A stretch of 64,000 nucleotides of DNA from Lama glama (lineage: Eukaryota), in the NCBI GenBank assembly GCA_028534125.1, contig CM052817.1, positions 96,970,001-97,034,000 on the forward strand. The letters are read 5' to 3'. Positions 1 to 13,482 of this stretch are shown here, piece by piece. The notes under the pieces were generated by a model. That model saw only the letters and a list, made by a program, of their open reading frames with translations. It was not told the origin of the DNA and did not search any database. The stretch's first letter is position 1. Every line of letters begins with the position of its first letter. Made by a program: the position numbers and the translations under genes.

Positions 1-1609
1 GCAGGAGGAATCTGATGTCTCCTGCACATGTGGAGGGTGGAGACAAGCCTGTGGAATGCAGCACGCCTGGGTAGTCGCAGACAGTGATGATGAAGGTGTT
101 CACATTGATGGAGGGCTTGCCAGGTTCCAGGTCTTGTCCTGAGATGTCTGTAGTGTATCTTCTCAGGGGGGCCTCACCACCACTGCGTCTGTTTTGCACG
201 TGAGGGCGCTGAGGCACGGAAAAGTGAATGCGTTGAACCTGTTGGCGCTGAAGCTCGGATTTGATTCCAGGCACTCCAAAGTTTGCTTCTGCAGTTGTCC
301 GGTTGGATAACTTTTTGGCAGTTTCTGAGACTTTTGATATTATAGAAACTATAGCTGCTTCCCGATTCTTAGTTTTTGTGTAACACTTCCCTGAGTAGTA
401 GCTTCCCCTTCTGTGGACCCACTGGTGAGCCGCAGATACAACCTACAGAGATAAGAAAACTGTCCCTTCGCAGATGCGACGGAAAGGAAGCGTATTTCTC
501 CCCTCGGAGACCACGGGTGGTATGCAGACTGGGCGTCGTTGTTCCAGAACTTTCGATGAGCCTCCAGCCCCTTCTGCCTCCCTGTGCGTTTTTGCTCTGA
601 GTTGTGCATGAGGCCTGAGAGGGAGTGGCTGCCCTGGGTCCGGGAATGTGCGTTGGAGCCCTGACTGTTTCTTATCTGCTGTGAGGTTCAGATGACACGT
701 GGTTCGTTCTGGTCCTGCTAAGCAGTTTAGGGACTTTTGCCAGGGCACGGTGACAGCTTTAGGGTGGCTTCTCCGTGTGCGAGAGCAAGTCTGCTCTCTC
801 CCCGCGTGGCCCCACGAGGCTTTGGGGGTAGGCGTTTGGCTGTGTTCCTCACTGACCAGTCCAGCAAACCTCGGGCCGGCTTGAGCCTGGCAGTGGAAAG
901 CTCGGTGATGCTCTCATAAGCTGTCGTAATACGTTTTCTCCTTTTGGACCTGAGTGTGTGTTTATACTCAGCTGCGTCAAGGTGGATGTGCCAGCTTGGA
1001 GTTTCAACTCCGGATCCAAGTCTGTTTACGAACCATTAGGAAATTGGATTTTCTTGCTTTGCCAGTTGAATGCAGGTTCGTGGGGCTTGATGGAATTGTC
1101 TGGCGAGTGTGTGTTTTCCAGCCTTGGCCTCATGGTGAACCTAAGGCTTGGAGATGGAGCCTTCCTGGTAGCTGGGCTGGTCTGTGAATCACACTGACTG
1201 GGCCCCGGGGCTGATTCACGGGTGTGTCACTTCCACCTGTGTCTGCACGCCGCCTCTGGTGGGGACCTGTTTCTTCTCTAAATAGTAAATGAACTGGGAG
1301 GAATGGGGGAGTGTACTTTTTGTTTGTTTGTTTTATTACTCTGAGTAACACACGTGAAGTTACACATTGGAGCCTGTATTGGTACAACAATAGTTTCTAA
1401 AAACTAGATTCTACTTGCTGTCGGTGGGGAGATATCTTGATAAATGGGAACCAAAGAGGAGTTTGCAGGTCCAGCCAGTGTGTGGTTCCCCTTCATCGCA
1501 ATCTGATGAAAGGAACCCAATTAGGTAATAGAGTCCAAGTAAGTCCTGCTGCCGGTCTTCCAGTTGCTTATAGCTCAGGCAGAGATGTAAGTGAGGTTAA
1601 AAATAACAC

Positions 1610-1700
1610 GGGGGAGGGTAGGCATAGCCCAGTGGTAGAGTGTGTGCATAGCATGCACAAGGTCCTGGGTTCAATCCCCACTACTTCCATTAAAAAAAAA
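1610..1700 (+). mobile_element. tRNA-derived SINE (camelid vic-1-like)
   Basis: GGGGAGGG head, A-box-like TAGCCCAGTGG, B-box GGTTCAATCC, A-tail. Confidence 0.85.
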
Positions 1701-2656
1701 TGACATAGGTTTGTAACAGGCAATAAGAGGACAAAATAGTTTGAAATAAATGCATCTGTAGCCTCTGAGCCTGGCTTAGACATGCTTTTGTGTGCCTGTG
1801 TGTGTGTGTGTGTTTGGATTTAAACATGGACTGAGGAAAGTTGGTGTCATCTGCCAATGACAGATGTTACCATTCTTGATAGGAAATGGGTCTCTTTTGT
1901 CCCTCACATCACCTGGTCTAGTGTTAACTGTGAGACTCTGGAGGAAATCAAGCATGCATGGTGTATACAGTGGGCTACAACTCTTCAACCTGGGGCTTGA
2001 CATACTGAGACCTGCCAGGACCCGGGCTGCCTTCTCGCAGACGTGTTAGAGTCAGACCTGCCTGCCAGGCATGCTGAGCAGTGAACTGTACTCCAGCAGG
2101 TGTGCTTACTGTGGTCTGTTTTGTCTCTGGGTCTTTGACAGCCTTTCCCCCCATCTCAGTTTGAGTGAAAACACCAAGAGCAGGAAAGAGATGTTTGCAG
2201 TAAGACTGCCCTCTTCCATCCCTCCCAGAGAAACTGGGCTGTTACTCACTGAAACAGCATTTCCTTCCTGGGTCCAGCTTCAGTCTCCCTGAACACATGG
2301 TTTCGGGCCGTTGTCACTGCTGGCTTGCCAGCACATTTTATGACGTCTGTAATCCCTACCCTGGAGGCTTGAGGTGTTGTCATCTTTTTGCTCTGGTGTC
2401 ATGTTGGTAAGTGTTGAGCGAGTGGTACAGAGAATAAGTTCTGTGGGAGTTCAGAAGGTGACAGGTACATGTTAGAGTGATCAGGAAAGATCAGATGGTT
2501 GGAAGAAGGGCTTGATCTGTGCCATGAAGGGAGGATAGGCTAGAGATGGATGGTGGGGAGGGAGCTGTCTGGTGAACAAAAGGACGGAAGAAGGAAGTGC
2601 AAACCCTAACCTGGGGAGCGTGAGTCAGTTTGGTAGATTGGGATGGTTTCTGTGGG

Positions 2657-2790
2657 GCAGTGGTTCTCTTAGTGTGTCAGTCACATCCAGGCCCTATCCT
2701 TAGAGTTTCTGTGTTAGCCGGCCTACGGCAGGGCTCTCGGTGTGCATGTCTAACAAGTTCCCAGGTGATGCTGATGCTACTGGTCCCGCT
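2657..2790 (+). mobile_element. MER5A-like hAT-Charlie DNA transposon remnant
   Basis: CAGTGGTTCTC start and TCTAACAAGTTCCCAGGTGATGCTGATGCT motif. Confidence 0.7.
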
Positions 2791-5394
2791 GTACGGGAAG
2801 GTCAGATGCTGCTGGAGGAGTCACATGCAGGTCAGATGCTGTGGTGGTGGTGAGCGGGGCAGCTGTGCTGTCCAGCTCCAGGCATCACTGTTCTGTTCTG
2901 GGGCCGTGGGGGCCGGGGGCACTGAGCAGCAGTCCTGCTGGGGTCAGGTGCACCGGTCTGAGGAGCTGGCACTGGACCGTAGGTTGTGAGAAGCCATGGA
3001 GAATTTTATCAGATCTTGTTATTGGCGTTAACTTCTTGTTAATTCAATAGCAGAGGGGGAAGCAGCCAGAGATGGTTAGACGGACTGAAGGGCAGGGCCG
3101 TGTCCAGTGGGTGGGGAATTCATGGATTTAGGAGGAAGATCTGGAAGGAAAGAAAGAGGAAGAGTGCAAAGTGACCCAACATTTCCATCAGCTTGGGAGC
3201 CTGGAGAGTGACGCTCACATTGACACAAAGGGAAACTCAGAGCACGGGCTGCTCCGGGGCTGGGGAACCTCTCAGTTACTTAAAAACTGAGTTGAAGTTG
3301 TTTTTATTTTCTCTTCCCAGGAGATTGTCTATCTTGTTTTCAAAGGGAAGGGTCTAGTAATGTTCCATGCCTTCCACTTGTTTTTATCTTTAATGTCTAA
3401 GCTTTTCATGAATCTAAATATGCAATCACTTGTCTCCCAAAATAATTTCTTCTTATCCTGAGGTTTACATGGAAGAATATTGTTTAAAAAGTGTCTTAGC
3501 CATTCTAGTATAATTTTCTCTAGATTTTTACTTATACCCTTATAGTCTTCCCTTACGTGTAAGTGAAATCGTATTATTAAAAGTCATTTGTTGTGATTTT
3601 TAGTGATAGGGACACTAATTATATTGGGTTGCAGCGTAGCTCTTTAATTTTTCTGTAAGTTTTCCATTTCTAGTCATTCTGGCCTTACAAACACTCCCAC
3701 CTTGGTTTACATTTGGCTTTTTCCTTTTTTTTTTTAAAGTAGTACATATTCACTATAGAAAATTTGGAACAAAATTAATTGGAAGTTTAATGAAAAAGAA
3801 GAATCCGCTGTAAACTACCCATAAATGACACCTTTAACATTTTCATTCACATCACTCAGTCTCTCCACGGCTGCGTGTGGATCAAGGTGTAGACGCTGGT
3901 CTGTCTGTTCAGAGTTGAGGCTGTCATGCCAGCACGTGGAGTTAGGGGACAAACTCCCCCTGCCTTTCCTCTGCCCCAGGACCTGGCTACACCTGTATTT
4001 TGTGTGGGGCTGGACGCCTGAGAGTGACAGTGGGAAACCAGATGCTGACATGGACGAGGAAGGGGTCAGGCAAGCAGGGCTGGAAGTGACAAGGGCAGAG
4101 CTTGGCACTTGGATGAGATGCTCTGATCATCGTGTGTTCTTGGGATCTGTCCTCCTGAGGCTCTAGGGCCTTGGGAAGGAGGAGGCTGGGAAAAACTGGT
4201 GGAATAAACTGTGACAGCAGGGACCACACAGCTCTGTCCTGGGCGTCCCCTCACCCTGTCCATGGAGAGGGATTTGAGAAGGGGAAGTTCCTCGCTGATG
4301 GAGCAGAGAGGAGGAACCACTGAGGTCAGTGACAGGTTGGCCTCAGCCCGGGCAGGGCAGCCCCAGGGGGTGGTACAGAGCACATGACAGTCAAGGCAGG
4401 TGGTGACAGAGCTTAAGGTGCAGCCAGGTGACCAGATGCCCAAGGGAGTGTTGCTAGAACAGCTGTGAGAGGGGCTCTGGTGACGGTGGAGCGGGCCAGA
4501 GACAAAAGTGCACCTGGAGCCCAGAGAGGCAGAGGCACCCAGAGCATCTCGGCTTTGTGTGTGTGTGTTTCGAGGGGTGTCAGCCCTTTCCCCCTGACCG
4601 CTCATCTTTGGGAAGGAAGGAAAAGAAAGAAGGACTAAAGTTTTTATTTGGCTGTAGGAACCATTGATCCTGCAGACTTAGGGAGTAACTGTTGGTGACC
4701 TTACTTAAGACCCACAAACTGTTGGGGCACAGGTGTGGTGACCATTTAATATGTTGACCAAACTGGGACACTGTTAAATATTTACTTTGGGCTGGACTTG
4801 GCCAGGCAGGATCACCCTAGAAATCGGGATTTTCAGGTCACATGTACACATTAAAAAATGTGTGGGAACTGCTTTTATAGCTTACATACCTCCTTCCCAA
4901 AGTCCTAGACTGTTTTCATGCTTTGAGTTTTTTGTTCTGCCTTAAAAAAAAGAAATTAAGGATAATAGTACTTTATTATATTAGGACTATTTTCCTATAC
5001 TAAGTATTTTACTAAAAAGAATTGTTAGTTTTATTGATGACATAATGTTAATTTAGATTCCTTTCCGGTCATTGTCTACTAGGAATGAGAGCAAAATAAA
5101 TCTTTGGGTATATTTCAGTATATCTGCAGAAGTCATTTTCTTGGAATACAATGATGGGTCAGATTATACAGTTCTGGATAGGTATTGCCAATTCTAGGTG
5201 TTTAGGTTGAATCTAAATTCCTAAATTGAAAAACTCTTTATGGTTGAACTGCTTGGATTTGGAAGTACTGTGAAATACATGGTTTTTAAAAAAATCACTA
5301 AATAATTTTTACCAGTTAGTATTTCTCCTGTGACCTTGGACCACTAAGGGGTGATGCAGTGAAGCAACAACTTGAATAAAGAAAACACTTTTGG

Positions 5395-5533
5395 AGAAAG
5401 TGGGGTGGCAGGGAGGGAAAATTAGGAGTTTGGGATTAACAGATACACACTACAGTATGTATGTATGTGAACTGAATCACTCTGCTGACACCTGAACTAA
5501 CCATATTGTAAATCAGCTATACTTCAATAAAAA
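5395..5533 (+). mobile_element. L1 3' end fragment, internally deleted
   Basis: TTAGGAGTTTGGGATTAACAGATACACACTA...TTGTAAATCAGCTATACTTCAATAAAA. Confidence 0.75.
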
Positions 5534-6473
5534 GTTGTTTGTTTTGGGGGGAAAAGTGCTATAGACAAAAATAAACATGTTTTTCACATTGTTTAAAAAA
5601 AAACACTTATATTCCTAATGCAGAATCTTTCCACATGGCTGTGGAGTGAATGTCTTAGACTGGATTATACTGAATTTAACTCTGGTGTGTATCGGGTGTG
5701 GGCAAAGATGTGTTTGCCTGTGAAACATCCTGGTTTTACTGCCCGTTGGCACAGTATGGTTGAAAGATCAACTGTTGGGGGTGTTGAGCTTCGGGTAGTC
5801 TTCACGCAGAACGTGATTCTCTGTGTCTGTGATGACAGTTGTATAGCATCACGGAATGCTGGTGACGTTTCTCGTGTGGCACGTGCATTTGGTCAGCATG
5901 AAAGTAGCACATTTGCAGCAGTGGGCTCTTCCAGTGTGAGTCAGCTGTACAGCTGACCAGTCAGCTACTGGGTATAGAATACTACTTTGTGGAAATGCTT
6001 GTCAGCAAAAAAAAAAAAAAAAAAAAAAAGTCTGCCTGACCTCAGCAAGAACTACAGCTGGGAAGTCAGCTTTGAGAGAACCATGTGTGTAGATTTCTGG
6101 GTCAGATGCTGTGTGGTACCTGCTTCGGTCATTGCTGGTGTCTCGGTGTAGCAGGCCAGCCCGGTGTCTTGGTGCCCATTACTGACTGTGTTACAGCCTG
6201 CTGAGAGGGGTCAGACCAGTTTGCAGACAGGGAAGAAGCTGCTTCTGGGAACTTCATGTGTCAATACTTCCCCGTTTATTTGAAAGCCTCTCAGAGTCCT
6301 TCCTAGCTCAACTAGTCTTTAAAGATTCAGAAGACCCAGGAAGGCTTGCCTTCTATTTTAAGTATAATGAACTTCAGCCCATTCTGAAATGATGAAGTGG
6401 ATGAAGGCTTATGTTCTAACAGTTAAAAAAATAAAATGTTTTCGTAAATATGACACTCAGATAATAATATGTA

Positions 6474-7956
6474 AGCTAACAGTAATCAAAACATCATGGT
6501 ATTAATACAAAAGCAGACATATGGATTAATGGAACAGAATAGAGAGCCCAAAAGTAAACCCCCAGACTTTTGGTCAGTTAATCTTTGACACAGGAGGCAA
6601 GAATATACAATGGAGTGAAGATAGTCTCTTCAGCAAATGATGTTGGGAAAACTGAACAGGAGCATGTAAATCAGTGAACTGAGAATACTCCCTCACACCA
6701 TACACAAAAGTAAACTCAATATGGCTTAAAGACTTAAATATAAAACAAGACATTATAAACCTCCTAGAAAATATAGGCAAAACGTTCTCTGACATAAATC
6801 TTGGCAATGTTCTCCTAGTGCAGTTCTCCAGGCAATAGAAATAAAAGCAAAAGTAAACAAATGGGACCTAATTAAACTTAAAAGCTTGTGCACAGAAAAG
6901 GAAACCATAAGCAAAACAAAATAACAACCCACGGAATGGGAGAAAATATTTGCAAAAGATGAGACTGACAAGAGCTTAATTTCCAGAATATATAAACAGC
7001 TCATACAACTTAGAAAAATCCCAATCCAAAAATGGGCAGAAGACCTAAGCAAGCAGTTCTCCAGTGAAGACATTCAAGTGGCCAATAGGCACATGAAAAT
7101 GTGCTCAGTATTGCTAATTATCAGAGAAATGCAAACCAAAACTACAATGAGGTATCACCTCACCCCAGTCAGAATGGCCATCATTATAAAGTCCACAAAT
7201 GATAAATGCTGGAGAGGGTGTGGAGAAAAGGGAACCCTCGTACACTGTTGGTGGGAATGTAGTTTGGTGCAACTGTTATGGAAAACTGTATGGAGATTCC
7301 TCAAAAAACTAAAAATAGACTTACCATATGATCCAGCAGTCCCACTCCTTGGCATATATCTAGAGGGAACTGTAATTTAAAAAGATACATGTACCCCCAG
7401 TATTCATAGCAGCATTATTTACAATAGCCATGACATGGAAACAACTTAAATGTCCATCGACAAATGACTGGATAAAGAAGCTGTGGTATATTTATACAAT
7501 GGAATACTACTTGGCCATAAAAAAGAATAAAATAATGTCATTTGCAGCAACATGGATTGACCTGGAGATTGTCATTCTAAGTGAAGTAAGCCAGAAGAGA
7601 AGGAACAATACCGCGTGATAGCACATATATGTGGAATCTAAAAAAAAAGACAAATGAACTTCTCTACAAAACAAAAACAGACATAGAAAACAAATTTATG
7701 GTTATGAGGGGGAAGAGGGTGGGAAGGGATGAATTGGGAGCCCAAGATTTGCAGATACTAAGTAGTATGTATAAAATAGGTAAACAACAAGTTTCTACTG
7801 TATAGCACAGGGAACTATATTCAGTATCTTGTAGTAACCTATAATGAAAAAATATGAAAAGGAATATATGTATGTATATATATGACTGAAACATTATGCT
7901 GTACACCAGAAATTGACACAACATTGTGGACTGACTAGACTTCAATTAAAAAAAAA
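6474..7956 (+). mobile_element. 5'-truncated L1 (decayed ORF2 C-terminus + 3'UTR + A-tail)
   Basis: ORF 7078-7380 ([13 protein letters not shown]...[19 protein letters not shown]) is the L1 ORF2 Cys-rich C-terminus; stops and frameshifts upstream; ends TCAATTAAAAAAAAA. Confidence 0.95.
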
Positions 7957-9787
7957 TACCTAAGCTAAAGAGGTAGAATAACTTTGAATATCGACTCCTT
8001 TCATTCCAAGGACTTCTGTGATTAAGATTTAAGATTGGAGCAAGGGTGTTTATGGATTTTGAAGCATCAGTAAGTCAAACAAACAAGCAAAGAAATAGCT
8101 AGCTGGAGTTCTGCTATTTTAGATTTTAGCCAGTTTTCTAATGATGGCTTGTGGGGTTTGATTCCTTCTGCTGAGTCTGTAATCCAGTATTCCACTTTGC
8201 TTCCTCTGTCCTCTGGTCCTGGATTTAACGTTCATTGTTAGGGCTTCCCAGTTTTTTAAATGCGACTTGACAACGTGTGTACTTAAGTGGAAGCTGTATT
8301 ATAGACTGCAAATTGATAGCGTGTAACTTACAGAATATAAGTATTGCCAAGATAGTGGTTTTGATATCTTAAGCACCTCCTTTAATTCCTTGGACATCTT
8401 TGAAATGGCTGCATGTGCATGGTACTCAGGACATAAATGACAATTGATTTATGCCTTCAAAAAAAAGATCGTTTGGCAACCTCCCCCCCATCCACCCCCA
8501 GTGTTGCCTTATCTGAGCTCTTTGCTCTTAAAATCCAGGTACTAAGTCTGTCCATGGTCTTTACTAGGAAGATGTGAATTTGCACTATCATTGTTAACTG
8601 TGACTTTGGTCAGTTATTGTGGTTTCTTAGCGATCACTGCATACAAGGAAGACTGTTCTCTGTGAGATTTTAATATCTCAGTAGGCTTCAAAATGCCTGT
8701 AAGGGCTTGGTGCATAGATGACTGTTAGATGACACTCATTTTCTTTATCCTTTCGGTATGCAGACCGCTCCTTGTTTTCATAATGGTATCACTGAATAGT
8801 TTTTGTTTTTTTTTTTTTAAGGTCCCAAGTTCGTAGTAAGAAAATGAACCTTGGAATTCCTTTTATAGGATAAACTTGTTTCTGATCTTAGGAGAATTGA
8901 GGTCGGTGTGTTCATATTTCTTGATAAGAATTTTTCTGGGCTGGGTCATTTAAAAACTCTTGATTTCCAAATTTTCCATGTGCACGGTAGCTTTTTTGGT
9001 TAAAGATGGGAGACCCTTGGGGAAGGAAAGCAGTTCTAAACTGCCTGAGTGGAACTTGCCTTCAGGCAGCTGGAGGGCCTGTAAGCCTTTTTTTAAGCAG
9101 CTGCATGATATCAAATAACTGATTTACATTAATGTTAGTACAAGAAGCAGATGGAGTAATTAGTCTTTCAGTGTGTTTTGTGAATCTAGCAATACCAGCT
9201 TTCAAGGTATGTGACCCCTTGGATAATTGCCCTGTGGAGATGGGAAGTGTGGTAACCTCCTGAAGGTCCATATAAAGGAATTCAGTTCTTTCTCCTGGCG
9301 GAGAACAGTAACGACTCAAAATTTATAGGGTTCCCCCCCCCCCCAACTTTTCCATCAGCTGACTCAACCTAGATGCTGTCCCATTTGTAGGAACAGAAGG
9401 GGGAAGACATTCTGTGAAACATTTTGATTTGCAGGATAGTAGGAAAAAATTTGTGATGTTTCAGAGGACAACTGAAGATAAAACAGTAACTGAAAATGGA
9501 TCATTGGTAGATATGCTGCAGGTCATATATACTGGATAGTTTTGGGGTTTGAATTAATGTATAACAATAACTACTGTCTCTTTACACAGAAGACCTGTTA
9601 AAGTTATTTGGGGTTATGGATAAGGAAAGGTGGGTGCCAAAATGAATCGATGTTCAGTCTCCATTTCTTTCTTCCCTACTCTTTCTGCTCAACCCAACGG
9701 TGGCTGTTTTTTGCTTTCCCTGTTCTGGTGATGATTGCCCTCCCCAAGGTCACGCCTCTGATCTTCTTGGACTCAGCATAGTGGAGG

Positions 9788-10925
9788 TGATACAGGAAAA
9801 TGAGGGGGGCAGGGGCACTAGAGGATGGCTGTGTCCCAGGTGTCAGATGGATCCCTGGGATGTGCCCCGCTAAGTGAGGGTCCTTGGCTTTGCACAGGAA
9901 AGAATTCAAGAGCGAGCCAGTTGAGTAAGAGTAGCTTTATTTGGAGAGATGTATGGGGGTGAGGAGGGAAGTGGTTAAAGTAGAAGTAGATACACACTCC
10001 ATAGACAGTGTAGGCCGTCTCGTAAGAGAGAATGACTGCCAGATGTGGTGTTGGTTGTTTTTGTTTTTTTTTTTATTAATTTTTTTTTAAATTGAGGTGC
10101 GATCAATTATGTGTCAGTTTCTGGTGTACAGCACAATGTTCCAGTCATGTATATACATACATACATATTCGTTTTCATTAAAGGTTATTACAAGATACTG
10201 AGTATAGTTCCCTGTGCTATATGGAAGAAATTTTTTAAAATCTATTTTTGTTTATAGTAGCTAACCTTTGCAAATCTCAAAATCCCAAATTTATCCCTTC
10301 CCATCTGCTTCCCCCCCGTAACCATGATTGTTTACTGTCTGAGTTTGTTTCTGTTTGTAGATGAGTTCATAGTGTCCTCTTTTCTTTTGATTCCACACAT
10401 GAGTGATATCATACGACATTTTTCTTTCTCTTTCTGGCTTCACTTAGAATGATCTCCAGGTCCATCCATGTTGCTGCAAATGTCATTTTATTCCTTTTTA
10501 TGGCTGAATAGTAGTCCATTGTAGAAATATACCACAACTTCTTTATCCAGACATCTGTTGATGGACATTTAGGTTGTTTCTGTGTCTTGACTGTTGTAAA
10601 TAGTGCTGCTGTGAACACTGGGGGCTAGTTTTCATGTGCTAACAAGTGAGAGGATTATTCCAACTACTTTGAGGATGGGGCAGGGATTCCCAGGAATTGG
10701 GCCACAGCCCTCTCTTTGACCTTCTTGCTTAGCTTCAGAATTGTCATGGTACCTCTGGGTATGTCATTTACCGTGCTAGTACATTATAGGTCAAAGGCCA
10801 CTGGAGGTCGAACCTCCCATCTTGGGCCCCCAGGTCTATTGGGAGTTGACTTCTCCATCATCCTGGTGCTACTTGCTGTGTCCTTCCTTTAATGGCTGTG
10901 TCCTGCCCCCTTCTTTCCTGTCTCA
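9788..10925 (-). mobile_element. MER41-like ERV1 solo LTR, interrupted by an L1
   Basis: TG...CA ends, flanked by GAGG/GATG (4-bp TSD, 1 mismatch). Minus strand CTCGCTCTTGAATTCTTTCCTGTGCAAAGCCAAGGACCCTC and CCATGACAATT resemble recalled MER41 consensus blocks. Confidence 0.8.
10062..10622 (-). mobile_element. L1 3' fragment nested in the MER41-like LTR
   Basis: T-rich tail at the left; ORF 10409-10618 (MFTAALFT...QPKCPSTD) is L1 3' sequence; degenerate TSD GGTTGTTTT/GGCTAGTTTT. Confidence 0.9.
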
Positions 10926-13482
10926 GATGCTTTTTGCTTCTTATCTTCACCCCTTGGCAGCATTTGATACGTTGTGAGTTGCACTCTTGTTCTTAAAGGG
11001 CACTCTGCCCTATTCTGAAGGACTGCTCCGTCCTTCCCCTGCAGAAGGTTAAGTCTCTTGTTCACTTATCTTGTCTCCCCAACAGATAACCAAGCTGGAA
11101 GCTAGGAGATCAGGGTTGTAACACATACAAGGTGTGATAGGCCTTGGGAAGACAGGAGGGAAGACAGGAGGGAAGACAGGGTGTGAATTCCTGGTAGAAG
11201 TAGTATTGAATTTTCTTTTCTCCCGCTTAGGTGGCCTCTGAGGTGCATTTGGCACAGTGGGGGCTCAGTATTTGAATGAATAAGGGGAGGGTTTAAACAC
11301 ACAGATTGGACCAGGGAAGAGTATTTTCAGTGTAGGAAACATGGTGAGCAGAATGTCAGCCAAGGGGGAAGGTGGAGCTTGTGAAGGTGAAAATGAATCA
11401 TTCCTTGGCTGGAGTGGAGGGGGCTGGTGGGGCTGGAGGAGGGCAAGTGCCTGTTCTCGCCAGACTGGAAGGCTGCCAACCAAGGGATCTGTGGTTGGGC
11501 TTGCTAGGCAGGGGTGGGAGGGAAGGGTTCTGAGCAGGAGAGGCTGCAGGCGTTGGGAAAACTAGTGCGCTGGATGGAATTGGGATGAGGAGAACCTCGT
11601 TTGGGTCTCACCTCTGGGCTCTTCTCAGGCATTTGGCCCCTGGACGGGCTAAGTCCTGTAGCCACTGCCTTCATGCTGCGTCGGCTCAGTCCTGTCGTCC
11701 TTTGGTCACTTCACCCGAGCTGCCTGGTCCCATGACCAGTGACCATTGGTCTCCTATCGCCTTGTGTGCACAGCATATCAACAGCCTAACTCTGGTCTTT
11801 TGATAACACGAATATCAACGTGGTAACCTTAGGAGAAATCGTGGTACCCAGTGGGAAATACAGCCACATTATGGTTGGAGTTGATTGGAAGCACCAGATC
11901 TGAAGGGAGCGGGTCTGGGATTGTAGAAGGTGAGCAAAGAGGCTGTGTGAGGGGGTGACTTGGATACGATTAGGAGTAAGGCGCTTAGGGTAAAACCAGG
12001 GCTCAGTTTTTGTCTTCAAACCCTAATTAATAGTTCCCAGGTATGAAAAAAATTCATGAGAACAAAACTCTCCTCTCTTCCTCTGCAGATGTCCTTTCCC
12101 CAGTATCTGCAAACCAACCCCTCCCCCCTACAAAAAACACCCTATACTGACATCACAATAGCTTGTTTTCTTTAAAAGAGTAAGTACTTCTGAGGTCAAG
12201 TGAAAGTATGAAGGAAAAATTTTGAAAGCACTTCTTTTTGTCCAAACCTTGGTGAGCCTGGGGACAAGGACCAAAGGTGGGGTGGTAAGCACATTGGGCA
12301 GAGGACAGTCCCCTTTCTTCACGTCTGCCGACCCCCCCACCCCATTCCTTTGTGCATGTTTGGGAATGTTCCGTGCGTGTGACGTGAGCAGTGGGTAATC
12401 AGCAGGCTGCCTTATCTCAATAAGTGATATCTACGCTAGATTTTTCTTGTGGGTGAAAAAAAAAGTCAATCTGAGATATTTGGAGAGAACCGTGATTATG
12501 TGTTTTGGTAGATTCCTGTGACATAGGGAAAGCGAGGTATTTTCTTATGCTTGAGAAAATATTTGTGCTTTATTGTTATTTGTAAGCTATGAAGCAACAT
12601 CTGGAAAGTCACTCAAATGGAGTCAAACGAGGACTGCATCAGAGCGTCAGTTAATATTGTGCTCATAAATGTGACGATGCTGTAAATCTACCCATTCAGT
12701 TCTTGCAACAGTAGCAGCTTTCCTCAGCTACTGGGATTTTCAGCAAACTGATGACCTGGGTGCAAACTGCATGGTGGTGGTTGCTTTTGTGAGAGCAGGT
12801 CCAGCTGTCTTTGAGGGGTGAGTACAGGGAAAAGAGGCTCCTTTGCTTAAATATTACTTGCTTTCCTTTCCATGTGTGGAAGTCGATTTACCTATAATCT
12901 TAAATTCAGCTTGATAAAGTATAATCTAAGTAGTATTTTGTCCAGGTGTATTTCTCTGGAAGTTGGCTGAGTGCTGCTTGGCTCTGGTCTCCACATATTT
13001 TAAGTGAAAGATTCAGAAATTCCCAAGTAACATAATATCTTAATTCTGGAACTGAAGAGACTGTGGTCTCTTGGACCAATCTCATGCTTTAAATAAATGT
13101 GTCAGGTGCATAGAGGGGCTGCCCAGTGTCACACAGCTGGGTGGTCTCAGAACTCAGATCTTTCGTATTTTCACTTTGTGCTCAGGGCTTTCCCCAATCA
13201 ACTGGAGTTTTTCTCTGTAAAGCAATGATAGGTGTCATTTAAAGTCAGAACATTCCTGTTGGTCCAGGGATATAGGACCCACATGAAAAGTGGGCATCTC
13301 ATCAGCTCTCTCTGATGAGAAAAGATGCCCGCTTTTCGTGTGGGTGTGATGAGAGTTTACATCAGGTGGTTTTTCTATTAGCAGTTAAGAAGGCGCGTTC
13401 TTTTTAAATATAAATTTATATGTTTATCTATAAGAAGGCGTGCTCTTAAAGAGCAGAAAGTTTTTTGTTTTTTTTATCCTAG

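Noticed and set aside
6474..7956. Functional L1 ORF2 or a novel protein gene
   Set aside because: 5'-truncated, with stops and frameshifts.
11147..11181. 12-bp tandem repeat (GGAAGACAGGAG) about 3 times
   Set aside because: Ordinary short slippage repeat with no spacers; not CRISPR-like, and the DNA is mammalian.
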